Below, piece by piece: positions 22,243 to 35,175 of a stretch of 64,000 nt of DNA. The position numbers were made by a program, and so were the translations under genes. The DNA is from Azolla caroliniana (lineage: Eukaryota > Plantae > Polypodiophyta). Within the stretch, counting starts at the first letter, position 1. Each line of letters starts with the position of its first letter. The stretch lies in contig JBHGNT010000002.1 of assembly GCA_043228905.1 (NCBI GenBank), positions 3,348,001-3,412,000 on the forward strand, in the 5' to 3' direction. The notes beneath the pieces were generated by a model that saw only the letters and a list, made by a program, of their open reading frames with translations, did not search any database and was not told where the DNA came from.

Positions 22243-25200
22243 CATCGGCCGGATCGGATGAAGAAGCCGAGGACCGGATCGGTTGGGACCGATCGGTTAG
22301 GCCGAATGCGTAAACCGGTACGCAGACCGGTGCGTAGGTAGGGCCGGATCGGTGCATAAACCGGGAGGCCGTTAGGAAAGATATTCCGTGAGGAATATAT
22401 TTGGGAGTTAGTGTAGGAGCTCTTAATGAGCATTGAAGTACTATCAGTACTTCGGTCAGTCCTTCGAGGACTTGTACAAAGTGTTCATTGAACACATATA
22501 TGTGTTGTTGTTTTTTTTCTTGAATTTACCTTCTTGTGTTTTCTCTCCGTCTCTCCCGCATATACTGTGTAGGCTCAAGCTCTCCATTAAACCTGAGTTT
22601 CCTTCCTTCTGTTCGGTCTTCATACTTGCTTCCACACGCTACTTTTTACATGGTATCAGAGCGCGAGGGTTGAGAACCTCTCTGCAGCCGATACAGCTTG
22701 ACGAAGAAGAACAAGAAGAACGATGGATAGAGGCATGGCGAGCTCGCTTCCAACAGAGAAGCTCGACAAAACCAACTACGCGTCTTGGTCCTACAAGATG
22801 CACCAGTACCTGTTCGGGCACGGCTACTGGAGTTATGTCGAAGGAGCTAATGACGCGGCACCCGAATCGACACACAGAGACTTCCCGTCGTGGGAGCAAT
22901 CGGCGAGCAGGGTATTATACTGCTTCGCGTCGTGTGTGGGCGAACAGCTATTGAGCTATGTTCGGGATGCAAAGACGCTGAAGGGTGCGTGGGAAAATCT
23001 GAAGAAGATTTTCGCCGCGAGCACCACAGCCAAGAAGCTTCAGCTCCGACAGGAGTTGAGCAACCTACGACAACACGACTTGTCGGTGGCGGACTATACC
23101 TCGAAAATCAAGGATATCTGCGACTCCCTCACCTCCATAGAGGTGAACATCGAGGAGAGTGAGATGGTCCAAATCTGTCTTGGAGGTTTGGCGTCGAAGT
23201 TCGGAGCGGTCCGAACAGCTGTGTGTACCCGGGAGAATGAGCCGTCCTTTTTCGACTTACCGTCACTGCTCTTGGTAGAGGAGAACCACGCGGGTGCGTC
23301 TACAAGCACGCACACCGAAAGCAGAATGTTGTACACGGAGGGAGATAGGCCCCGTGGTCGTGGAGGACGAGGCGAGTCAGCGCGCAATGGAGGCGGCCGA
23401 CGAGATCCAGGAAGAAGGCACCGAAGTGAGGCCAACAGCAACTCCGGACCCTCCCAAAACAGGGGGAGTCGAAGCGATGAGAACCGGCAAGGGAAGGCCA
23501 TCGCGGAGTGCTGGTACTGTGGCAAGAAAGGCCACAGGGAAAGTGAGTGCTGGAAGAAGTGCGCCGATTCGGAGAGAACCGGTTCCGGAAACAACTCCGG
23601 ACATACCGACAAGGGAAATCGGCAGCGATCGCACTACGCCGAAGACTCCGGGAGAGCCGGAGAAGGGTTTGCCTTCGTGACGAGACACGAAGCAAACTCA
23701 ATGAAACAGAGCACCCCGAGATCGAACGAGGTGTGGTACGTAGACTCCGGCGCGTCAAACCACATGACGAGCCATAAGGAGTGGTTCTCGTACCTTGAAA
23801 AACCGATACAACCTGGAGTAGTCGCAACTGGAGACGACACTCTGCATCCGATCGCGAATGTCAGAGAAGTTCCCCTTAGCCATGTCGGGCAGAAAGGGAA
23901 ACTCATGAACGTGTTGCACGTTCCGACAGTCACGAAAAACTTGGTCTCGGTCGGACAGATCGTCGACCAAGGGATGGAGGTTCGGTTTACACACCTCGGG
24001 TGTTTCATTGAGGAAGAAGGCCATGTGATTGCGCAAGGGCGCAGAGACGGGAGGATGTTCATCCTCGACTCCACTAACGACGACCACGCAATGTTCACGA
24101 AGGGACGAAAATCCGAGTCGGACATCGACTTGTGGCACAAGCGGATAGGCCACGTCAACTACCAGCGGCTTCAAGATCTGCAATCGAAAGAGGTAGTGTT
24201 CGGATTGCCCAAATTTAGTGGCCGAAAGGCACAAATTTGTGAAGCCTGCCAGCTCGGGAAGCAACACCAACTTCCTTTCCCCAACGAGCGAAACCGGAGC
24301 CGGAACAAGCTCGACCTTATAAACTCCGATGTATGGGGGCCAGCACAAAATGTTAGTCTTGGCGGGAGCCGATATTTCGTCTCCTTCATCGACGACCACA
24401 CGCGGCACACGTGGATCTACCTCATTGAGAGGAAGAGCGAAGTCTTCGACTGCTTTCAGGACCTCAAAGGGTTCGTGGAAACGGAAATGGGACGAAAGAT
24501 CAAGTGCCTGCGGTCGGATGGTGGGAAAGAGTACTTCTCCGGTCAATTCAACGGTTATCTACAACAAATGGGAATTCGGCGCGAATTCAGTTGTAGATAC
24601 ACGCCGGAGCAGAACGGCGTGGCCGAGAGGAAGAATCGGTCAGTTGTGGAAGCGGCATGGGCAATGCTGGAGGAGAAGAGCTTGCCCAAGTTCTACTAGG
24701 CCGAGGCGGTAAGGACTGCGGTATACATCCAGAACCGGATCGGAGACAAAGTGTCGGCGCACGAGCTATATTTCGGAACGAAGCCGAACTTGCGACACTT
24801 GAGGGTGTTCGGTAGCATTGCGTATGTGCATGTACCAAAGGAGAAAAGGAGGAAGTTGGACGCAAAGGCCGAGAAATGCATCTTGGTCGGTTACTCGGAC
24901 GAGCAAAAGGGTTATAAGTGCTATAACCCTCGCACCAAACAAGCGCGTGTTAGCCGCGACGTTGTGTTTCACGAGTCCGCGTCCTGGTACCAGCCCCCAA
25001 CTCCAATCCGAGTTCTGACGATGAGGTCAGCGAGGCCGGGATGCCTCCGGATGAGCCCGAAATCGAGACCTGCCAAGAGAGTCTGATTTCACTCCGCTTA
25101 AGTGGACCGATTGCACGACTGAGTCGGTACGATCAGTCCGATGAAGAGCCGGCGACTAGTGGAGACTCGGTCGTGCGTTCCCCGCGCAGGAAGCCGAGGA

Positions 25201-27942
25201 GACGGCTTACGCGCAAAGAGAAAGGGAAGAAGAAGGTGTCGGATTCCGGCACGAATAGGAACGAGTCAGACCGACGCGAATTTGACTCCGAGGGAACCGG
25301 TGACGGGTCTTTAAAAGTGAAGTTTGCGTCAACCGAGAAGGCCTCAACATCGGCTAATGTGAGATTACACCGATCTACCCGCCAGAAGAATCCTGTTTTG
25401 CGGTTCGGATACAACGAGTACATGGTGCATCATTATGCGTACATGCCGCGTGTAGCGGAAGTGCGTGAGCCAGAGAGCTACGCAGAAGCGGCTAAAGACG
25501 CGACTTGGCGTGCCGCGATGGAGGAAGAGATGCACGCATTGGCGGAGAACGAGACCTGGGACCTGGTTGACGCACCGAAGGGTGTGAAGCCAATCGGGTG
25601 TAGGTGGGTGTACAAGGTCAAGTACAACACCGATGGCTCGGTCAACCGGTACAAGGCTCGGCTAGTGGCAAAGGGCTACGCGCAAAAACACGGCATCGAC
25701 TACGATGAGACGTTTGCACCGGTCACGAAAATGACGACCGTCCGTGTTTTGCTCGCAGTAGCTGCGGTGAAGGGGTGGCACTTACATCAGATGGATGTAA
25801 AGAATGCATTCCTACAAGGTGACCTTGAGGAACATGTGTACATGGTACAACCCCCCGGATTTCACTCAGGAACGAACTCCTTGGCAGTATGCCGACTGAA
25901 GAAGTCCCTTTACGGACTGAAGCAAGCCCCGCGTGCCTGGAACGTGAAGATCACGCAACAACTGCGTCGGATGGGCTTCATCACGTCAAAATCGAACTCT
26001 TCCCTGTTCATCCGGAAAGGTCGACTCGGACCGGTTAGTATTTTACTATATGTTGATGACTTGGTCATCACCTACGCCGACTTATGTGAAATCGACCGCG
26101 TGAAGCTCCAGCTTGCGGCATCGTTCGACATGAAGGATCTGGGGGACCTTCATTACTTCCTCGGGATCGAAGTGATCCGTACCCTCGAAGGCATATTGAT
26201 CAGCCAACGTCATTACGTGCTGAGTATGCTCTTCAAACTCGGGATGGCCGACTGTAAGTTCGTCTCGACTCCTTTGGACAGAACCGTCAAGCTTCGTCCC
26301 GATACGGGAAAGGTATGCGACCTGACGAGGTTCCGAAAAATTGTCGGAAACCTCATATACTTGACCATCACCCGACCCGACCTCAGTTATCCAGTCGGAG
26401 TGATCAGACAGTTCATGGCGCAACCTACCGAGGAGCACCTTCAATGTGCGCAACGCATACTTCGATATGTCAACGGCACTAAGGACCGGGGACTGCTATA
26501 TCGGACCGGTGCAGCCGCGCAGTTAGTCGGCTACACCGACGCTGATTGGGTTGGCAACGCCGCCGATCGCCAATCCACGTCCGGATACGCATTCTCCCTC
26601 GGGAGTGCCGCGATCGCGTGGAGTAGTAAGAAGCAGCCGACAGTTGCACTGTCGAGCACCGAAGCTGAATACCGAGGAGCGGCTGTCGCGACATGTGAAG
26701 CCATATGGTTGAAGCGGCTACTTAAGGACCTGCAAGAGGAGGTGTCAGATCCGACGACGATCTACTGCGACAACCTCAGCAGCATCCAGCTCACGAAAAA
26801 CCCTGTTTTCCACGCACGGACCAAGCACATTGAGGTGCACTACCATTTCGTCCGTGAGCGTGTCCTTTCCGGTGAAGTCAAACTTCAGTACATTCCGACG
26901 GATCGGCAGACTGCCGACATCTTTACCAAGCCTCTTGGTCTGGACAAGTTGCGGCAATTCTCAGGTGCGCTCCGATTGCGTCACCTCGACGTGCCAAACT
27001 TGAGGAGGAGAACAGTCCCGAACGACTAAGCAAGGCAACAAGAAAGGAGCGGAGACCGCGACACCGAGTCGGTTGACTCGGTTGTCGAGTTCGACTTCGG
27101 ATCGGCTTAAGAAGCCGAGGGCGGACAGAAGGGGAGCAGCCGAAGGAGAGAGCCGAAGCCAACCACGCATGGGGAAGATGACGCCATCGAGGGCGAGAAG
27201 ACCGAAGACAAGTTGGAGACAGCCAACTCGGACGAGAGCGACAACCGATCGGAGGTAGCCGAGTCGGTTCGGATGTTTGATTCAGATACGTTGAATCAAC
27301 CGAGGCCCAAGTGGAAGAAAAGGCAGCAGGAGAAGCGTCAACACCGCAACAGCAGAAGAGCTGATAAGGGCCACATGAGCAGACAAGCCGACCGGAAGGG
27401 TCGAAGCGCGCGGAGTCGAACAGGTCGAGGAGCGCGAGCGAGGCGTGAAGCCAGGAGGAACCGGAGCTGTGAGCCCAAAGATCCCGAAGAGCCTCAAGTT
27501 AGGCTTGAGGGGGAGTGTTGAGAGACAAGCTCAACATCAACCGGATCGGATGAAGAAGCCAAGGACCAGATCTGTTGGGACCGATCAGTTAGGCCGAATG
27601 CGTAAACCGGTATGCAAACCGGTGCGTAGGTAGGGCCAAATCGGTGCGTAAACCGGATGGTCGTTAGGAAAGATATTCCATGAGGAATATATTTGGGAGT
27701 TAGTGTAGGAGCTCTTAATGAGCATTGAAGTACTATCAGTACTTCGGTTAGTCCTTCGAGGACTTGTACAAAGTGTTCATTGAACACATATATGTGTTGT
27801 TGTTTTTTTTCTTGAATATACCTTCTTGTGTTTTCTCTCCGTCTCTCCTGTGTATATTGTGTAAGCTCAAGCTCTCCATTAAACCTGAGTTTCCTTCCTT
27901 CTGTTCGGTCTTCATACTTGCTTCCGCACGCTACTTTTTACA
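22243..27942 (+). mobile_element. Bryco-like Copia element, near complete; the left tip of the 5' LTR and the left TSD are deleted
   Basis: LTRs ~22243-22650 and 27516-27942. PBS TGGTATCAGAGC at 22651-22662. PPT GAGGGGGAG before 27516. The host LTR resumes at GGTAG (27943). Confidence 0.95.
22723..27521 (+). pseudogene. gag-pol: gag-pol with a premature TAG (24697-24699), a frameshift near 25000 and an in-frame ~163-codon tail
   Basis: The 658-aa ORF has CWYCGKKGHRESEC, YVDSGAS and SDGGKEY. The 662-aa ORF has YVDD, TEAEY and ADIFTK. The 27213 ORF is in the same frame as the 662-aa ORF. Confidence 0.93.
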
Positions 27943-30092
27943 GGTAGGTTACGCTACAACAACAGTATGCCGCCAAGCCGCCGTCGAGGAGCTCTCGGGC
28001 TTGTCACGCCGAGTGGGGTCTTGCACAGGAGGCCGAGCGGAAGCAAACCCTAAGCAAACACGAAGGGGAAGAAGAAGAAGAAGAAGAAGAAGAAGAAGAA
28101 GATAAGATAAACAGAATACTAAACCTAACGTTATACCCTCCTAACTCAAAAATGGGCAACCCCTTCACAAAGGGGCACTGCCTTCCTTTTAAAGACCAAG
28201 GAGAGGGATGCATTACCATGTGGGATAAATCCCAACTAACATGGGATTCTCTGTCCCGACTTGACTCCTACTATTCACACGTTTTTACAAGGGTGAGTAC
28301 ACATGATGCACTCCGTCGATTCTCCCGATATTCTCTAATTCCGCCTAGGGACGGTTTTCTCCACGACACCCGCCCCCACCTAACCGCGCATCCACCGGTA
28401 TGTGCCAAAATAGACTCTTTGCCGGAGAAGACCAGCCCGCGCTTACCCTTCGTCCTCCGAATCACCGAATGCACGCTCCTGCTATCCGTCGTAGGTCCGA
28501 GGTCCTCCGGTTGAGGAGCGCCCGTAACGGCCCGCTTTGCCTTAGTCCGTTGCTGCATTGTCTTGGTCGTCGTCTTTGCCGCCACTACCGTCTGTCACTC
28601 TCGGTCTCACACGGGCTCTCGGGCCGGATGTCGGAGTCTCCAGAGTCGTTTCGTGCGAAATCCCGTCACCACCGCTTCCCTTTCGCCTGTGGGTGTCCTC
28701 TACATCCGAGGAATACCCGTAGTAGCCAGCTTGGCCCTCTTCCATCTTGCGCCATTGTCGTCGAGTTGAAGCCTTTCCCTTGTCGTCGTCCCCTCACCCC
28801 CACCAGCTTGTCATCTCGGGCTTGGTTTGCTACGCCAGTTGCTGCCACTCCGACTAAGCCGCCGAGATCTCCGAAGCGGGCGTGGAGGATCCTTCTCCGG
28901 CCTGTATATCTTCCCGGTTTCAGACCCGTGCAGTTCATCGCGCACCCCTTTCCGCGTTCCCGGCATCACCGCGTACGTGTCGTCCTTTAGTCGTGCTCCG
29001 ATTTGGCCCTTGATGGCCACTTGCACGATTCTTCTTCAACTCTGGGTGTGCCCTTCCCGGCTTGGCACTCCGCCCGTACTTGCCCTTATTGGCTTCCTCG
29101 GAAACCGTAACCGGCCGGTAGGGGGTTTGCAGTTAGACAACTTCCGTCTTGCCGACTATTGTCGATGCTAGGTCTCGTTCCTTGCCGCCACCATCCTTCT
29201 CTCTCGGTCTTACGTTGCCACGTTGGCCGAACAGCCGAAGTCTCCGGATCGGTGTGAAGATCCCATAGGACTGGTCGTCGTTTCGTTGCTTGCCGAAATT
29301 TGGGTGTCTTTTGTTTGAGTCCCTCCCGGACTCTCCTCATGTCTCCCGCGTAGTCGGGTCCTGTTTCCCGCCGCCACCATCCTTCTCTCACGGTCTCACG
29401 TTGCCACGCTGGCCGAACTGCCGGAGTCTCCGGTCTAGTGTGGGGATCCCATAGGATCGGACTTCCTTATGCCCATGACCTTGTCGGTAGGTCCGATTCG
29501 GTCCATAGCCGCCTCGCCGGCCTGATACCTTCATGCCACTCTGCCCCATCGTCCGATCACGTTCGCCTGCCGTCACCGTCCCTTCTTATAGGACTCACGC
29601 CGGCACTCGGGCCGACCGCCGGATCGGTGCGAGGATCTTCGTGGGACCTCCTCTTCTGGCTTCGGTTGCCCGCCTTGCCGCCACCACCATTCCTTACTCT
29701 AGGTCTCATGTCTCCTCTTGTTTCCGGCTGCCGGAGTCTCTAGAACCGGTGTGTGTAAGGTCGCAGCAGCACCGCTCCGCCTTCGCCGCCCTCTTTTGTT
29801 GGTCGCGTTCACCTGCTGCCACCGATCTCTCCTATAAGACTCACGTCGGCACTCGGGCCGACCGCCGGATCGGTGTGAGGATCTCCGTAGACCACCCATC
29901 CGTAGCCCTTTGCCATCATCCCCTCGTTGCCACCGTTCATCACTCTAGGCCAACCGCCGGAGTCTGTAGAACCGGTGTGAAGGATCCTCCTCGAGCTTGT
30001 TGTATCTCTGACCCTTATCCCGGGCCTTCCTTCTTTCGCAAGTCAAGAGGGTGGCTCGCTCCACACCCTCTCCCGTGGTACCGACGTACCGT

Positions 30093-30723
30093 TGTCGAGG
30101 TTTTCCTCGCGGATACCGTGGAATGAGGCGGGACCTCAGGGGTCCTGTACCGAAGAGCAAGAGAGAAGGGACAAGAGACCCACTACGTGCGAGCGTAGAT
30201 TCACAGGGACACGGCCCTTCGACACAAAGACGCGAGTGGGACAGCGACACAGAGAGACACGAATGTATGTATGTATTAACAAAGACAACAACAAGAACAC
30301 GAAAGCAACAAAAACACGAAGTCGGTTACAACCGAACAGGCCGGCGAACAGATGCCGATGCCTGTTCGTAAACGCACAGAAAGACAGGAGCAGGTTGGAG
30401 GTGCTGCCAGAAGCACTCGGGCATTCCTCAAAGCAGCGCGAGCCTCCCGAAACCTGCACAGAAGGAAGCTATGGAGTTTGCGAACCAGAGAGAGAGAGAG
30501 AAGCCTTCGCACGCAAACCAACAGCACTTCGTCCTCGACTCTCCGCGATCCCCTCCCCCTTCTCGTCTCCCTCCTTTTTATAGGCAAGGAAGGAGCCGTT
30601 TCCCCTTTACTTCCTACCCACTAAATCTACCTGCCTAGGATCTTCTATGGACAACATTCGAGAAGAGCCGGCTCCTACGCTCCTGTGCACCGATTCCTCT
30701 TGTGGACGGTTTTCTTCACGACA
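30093..30723 (-). mobile_element. Solo LTR of the tRNA-Trp Gypsy group
   Basis: TGTCGAG...TTCACGACA termini with a perfect 4-bp TSD CCGT at 30089-30092 and 30724-30727. Confidence 0.88.
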
Positions 30724-31982
30724 CCGTGCTCCCAGCCTCTTCATAGGCCTGCTCTCTTCCTCCCTCCTAAAATGGTTATCCAAAAGTCCGCTCCACCCGG
30801 TTCTCGTCCGGGTCCGTTCGTCATTCTCTGGATTTCCGGGTCCCGTTCTCCTGTCGCCACCGTCCCTTCCTATAGGACTCACGCGGGCACTCGGGCCGAC
30901 AGCCAAATCGGTTGTAAGGAACTCCATAGGACCGGCCTTCATTCTCCACTTCATCCCTTGGACTTCTCCCGGACTCATCGTCACTCTCCTCGTTGTGCTC
31001 CCACCTCCATCTTCCATCTCTTTCGGTCTCACGTTGCCATGTCGGGCGAACTGTCGAAGTCTCCGGACAAGATGTGGGGTAACCGATTTCGCAACGTCTT
31101 TCGGCGACTCCTCCAGGCCACCGACCCTTTAGTGGTGTCGGTGGAAAGCATCCGCTCTGTGATCAACCAAGCCCCGCCTGGGCTTGATTCTCCAATGTCC
31201 GGAGTTTCGGCTCCGATGCCGATCCAACCGGACTCGTTCTGAACCCTTGATCTTCTTCTTCCCGATTCCCGACCTTCGCTCGGTCAGTCTTTCTCCCCAT
31301 GTAAAAGAGGGTGGCTCATTCCGCACCCTCTTCCATATCAGCACCTTCATGCCGATTCTGGCCCCCGTCGAATAATCCATGACCGGATCGCGCCTCACCC
31401 GAATCGGAGTGTCGCGCAGGTCGGTCCCCGGTCGGATCGTTTCATGGTCTCTTCGTCGACCTTCTCGTGAGCCATTTCCCATCCAACTTCGCTGGCATCG
31501 TGTCAGGACTCCTCGATACCGTCATCCATCTCCTCGGTCTCACATGGGCGTAAGGGCCCGAATGTCGAGTTCTCCGGAATCGGTTCCGTGGGCTCTTGTC
31601 CGCTCCTTCCCCGTATCGTCTCGCCGGTGATTCTCAGTTTCTCACCGCCTCCTTCCTCCTCTTAGGACTCACGTGGGCACTCGGGCCCGACTACCATCGT
31701 CTCGAGAGCAAGTGTGGGAAGATGCGTAGAATCGTCCGTCCTATTTACACCCTTATCCGCAACCACCGGCTCCTCGTGGTCGGTGGTCATCTTCTTACCA
31801 ATCGCGCAAGCCCCTCCTAGGCTTGCTTCTCCAATGTCCGGAGTTTCGGGCTGACATGCCCGAAACCGCCGATCCCAACATTCCGATTCTGCGATCGGTG
31901 TCTCGGCCTCGTCCTCGGCCGTTCTATCTCCGCAAATCGAGAGGGCGTTTTGTTTCGCACCCTCTCCCCTGGTACCGTGGTA

Positions 31983-32719
31983 CTAACCTTTTGCCATCTC
32001 GTGGGGCAAGCTCGTCTCCTCGGTCTCAGCTCGCGGCCTTGATCTTTCCTCTTCCTCGAGCATTGCCTTGAGAGCTGCGTACGCCTCCGCAATCCTGGCC
32101 CCGACGCCGACCCTTGCGGACTCTCTTTGCCGTTCGGCCTCTTCCCGTTGTGATGGCACGCCATCACGCGCCTTCCTCTTAGCCTTCTCGGCTCGCTTGT
32201 CATCTAGTTGTTGGCATACCCTTTCGACCTTCGACCAGTCCTCCGTAAGGCCATTTGCTCCCGTTCTACTCGGTCGATCGACCTGACGAACAACAGGACT
32301 TTGTCCGACCCCACCAAACCTTGTTCCCGCTCTGGGAGCCGAGCAAGCCGCCACTCGAACTCTCGGAATGCCTTCATTGCACCCCGGTGGGTCTTCGCCG
32401 ATGCAACCCACTGGTCGAAGTCGCATCGTCCCTGGCTCTTCCGACGTCCTCCATATGCCTGCAGGAGCGCCTCTTCGAAGGTCTCCCATGAACTATAAGT
32501 TTCTCGGAGCTCCTTCACTTCTGCGTGCATACGGACGACGACGACCCAACAGAAGAACTCCAGCCTCAACTCCTCATCTATGTCCCCGTTGAAACGGCCG
32601 ACTCTTTCGACCACTCGCTCAACCGCTTGTTGCGTCGTCTCTCGTCTTGCCGTTGCTCGTCCAAACTCCCTCACCGCTTCGACAAAAAGTTCCGCGAAGT
32701 CGTCTTCTTCCAGCTCCAT
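31983..32719 (-). pseudogene. gag: Gag-like ORF of the TR-GAG-like element, followed by a coiled-coil-like continuation in another frame
   Basis: Starts just after the PBS. VERVGRFNG, SWETFEE and DKVLLFVRSID are homologous to the 18823 and 34685 ORFs. Confidence 0.7.
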
Positions 32720-35175
32720 CCTCCCTTGCCGCCCTTCACGTCAGGTTCACCAAATATGCCGCGTTGTTACGTGCGTGCGTAGAGAAGGGCGGGACCATAG
32801 GGGTCTCGGACTAGGGAGAAAAGGGGGGTGCCGAGAAACCGACTCCGGATGCGCCCAGGAGGCAACCGAACGAGAGAGAGAGAGAGAGACAAAGGAGAGG
32901 GAGAGCGTGCGCGCGACACCGACTCTTATGCACAAGAAGCAAGGGGTTGTGCTTCCGACACCACCAAATACACCGATATGCACAAACAGACGCAAATATG
33001 TATATTACAAGGGAAAGAATACATCCCCGGCTTTGAGCCGAACCAAGGTAGGTTACGTTACAACAGTAGTTTGCCGCCAAGCCGCCGTCCGGGAGCTCTC
33101 GAGCTCGTCGTGCCAAGCGGGGTCTTGCACAGGAGGCCGAGCATAAGCAAACCCTAAGCAAACACAAAGGGGAAGAAGAAGAAGAAGAAGAAAAGATAAA
33201 CGGAATACTAAACCTAACAGTATACCCTCCTAACTCAAAAATGGGCAACCCCTTCACAAAGGGGCGCTCCCTTCCATATATAGACCAAGGAGAGGGATGC
33301 GTTACAATGTGGGATAAATCCCAACTTACATGGGATTCTCTGTCCCGACTTGACTCCTACTATTCACACGTTTTTACAAGGGTGACTACACATGATGCAC
33401 TCCGTCGATTCTCCCGATATTCTCTGATTCCGCCTAAGGACGGTTTTCTCCACGACAGCATGTGCGTAAACACAGAGTACACAGTTCGGAGGAATAAGAC
33501 AGTTCAGTAAGACACATAAAACGCAGAGATGGAGATGGAGATGGAGAGACAAAGAGAGAGCAGACACAGAAAAACTCAGATTCAAAATAATAACTCTCTA
33601 TTCTGTACATACTTCATGCTCATTGAGCACCTTTATACAAGCCCTGACTATCGGGCTGACACAAGTACTGACAGTACTTGACGCTCATAAATGAGCCGCT
33701 ACACTCACTCCCAAAATTATTCCTTTCGAGAAATATCTTTCTAACGGCCTTGCGGTTTATGCACCGCTACGGCTTACATTATGCGTACTGTTTTACGCAC
33801 CCAGTCTACGCACTGGGTCACGCACAGTGTTACGCACCCAACGTTGAGCTTGTCGCTCAACATTTCGTGCACTCCCCCGTTCGCACGTGGTCGGTGAGCT
33901 TTTCTCCTTTTGTCAAAATCCTCTATGACACCGCGTGATCCGTCTCCTCCCTCTTCAGCTTCTTCCCAAAGAAGAATTCCAACATCATCAACCAAAATTC
34001 GGTGTTGCTTCCAAAGCCAATGTTCTTATCCCCTTTGACCCGAGACCGGTCGACGCCCAGTAATGGATGGCCTCGATGTGCCATGTCGCCGCTTCCTCCA
34101 TTATCCTTTTCATTCAGCCTCGACCGATCTTCATCTCAAGGGGGCTCTGCGTCTCACTAGCATGAACCTGACCATTCAAGAGATATACCACATTGTTCTT
34201 CATGGCCTCAGCAAAGTCGGCACAGTCCGTTCAGATGTGGTCACCACTGTCGCACCACATGCATCGAAGGGTATGAGGCGGTCTCCAGTCACAAGAGGGA
34301 CCCCTGCCATCTCTCTAAGCCTGAGCAATCTAGAGGTCACACACCATCTTCGTGAGCTCCTCGAGTGTCGTGCCTCCAAACGGTCTATCGACCTCGTTAG
34401 TCGGTACAGACTCCAAGTCGACCCGTCTTCTTGTCTCTTCTGACCGAGTCAACACCTCCACTACTACTCCTCTCGTGGTTGGTTCGGTCGATGCAGACCC
34501 TTCGTTGCTCCATTCTCGTCATTTATCAAACGGCTACATACTCTCTTAACCACTGCCTAGTCGGTCATCACGCCTTCGATGTCTCCAGGAGGAGACCAAC
34601 CTTCTCTCGGTCACGCGAGTCAACCGACTTGATAAATAGAAGGACCTTGCTCGTGTCGAGCACAGTCCGGTCTAGTGTTGATAGTCACGTGAATCGCTTC
34701 TTGAACTCTTGGAGAAGCGTCGGCGTGTTCCTTCCTTTCCCCGGGAGCTCGACCCACTCCATGAGCTCCTTCTTCGACAACCAGAGCGATTCATTGAAGG
34801 CGTACCTTTCGAGGAGTCGCTCCTCGAACTCCGACCAATTACGGCAGTCATCTTGTATCTCGTGCACCTCGGCGTGGATGCTCAACATGACAACTTGAGC
34901 AAATCCTGACAATCGTCTGTGGTCCGGAATGTCTCTCATCAGCATTTCAGTCTTGAAGGCCTCCATTTAACTTGTGACGTCTCACCCATTGAATCGGCTG
35001 GTCGTGCCGATGACGGTTTCAATGGCCTTGTCGAGGCCTATTGATCTATCTCTTGCGCTCATGAAGCGGTCCATGGCCGCCGCCATCACCTCTGCCAGCT
35101 CACCACCTTTCATAGTAACTCCCCTACCACCCTTTTCACGTCGGGTTCACCAAAAGATGTCGTAGAAATCCGTAG

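Larger units (their letters stand above)
21129..33457 (-). mobile_element. Non-autonomous gag-only (TR-GAG/LARD-like) tRNA-Trp Gypsy element with three nested insertions
   Basis: 5' LTR 32757-33457; interrupted 3' LTR 21129-28368. PBS at 32735-32752 (one mismatch). PPT reverse complement CCCGCCCCCA at 28369-28378. TSD GCGT/GCAT. No pol motifs between 28369 and 32200. Confidence 0.88.
20327..33862 (-). mobile_element. Truncated Bryco-like Copia: gag at 20327-~21000, PBS ~21089-21100, 5' LTR split into 21101-21128 and 33462-33862
   Basis: MHEYLLGHGYWSY and MLYTEDDRPRG gag fragments. The LTR halves join across the 21129-33457 insertion and end in ...CTCAACA. Confidence 0.85.

Noticed and set aside
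28400-31900. Many 100-200-aa ORFs in the TR-GAG interior, including a possible env
   Set aside because: They overlap on both strands in GC-rich repetitive DNA and show no motifs or clear transmembrane segment.
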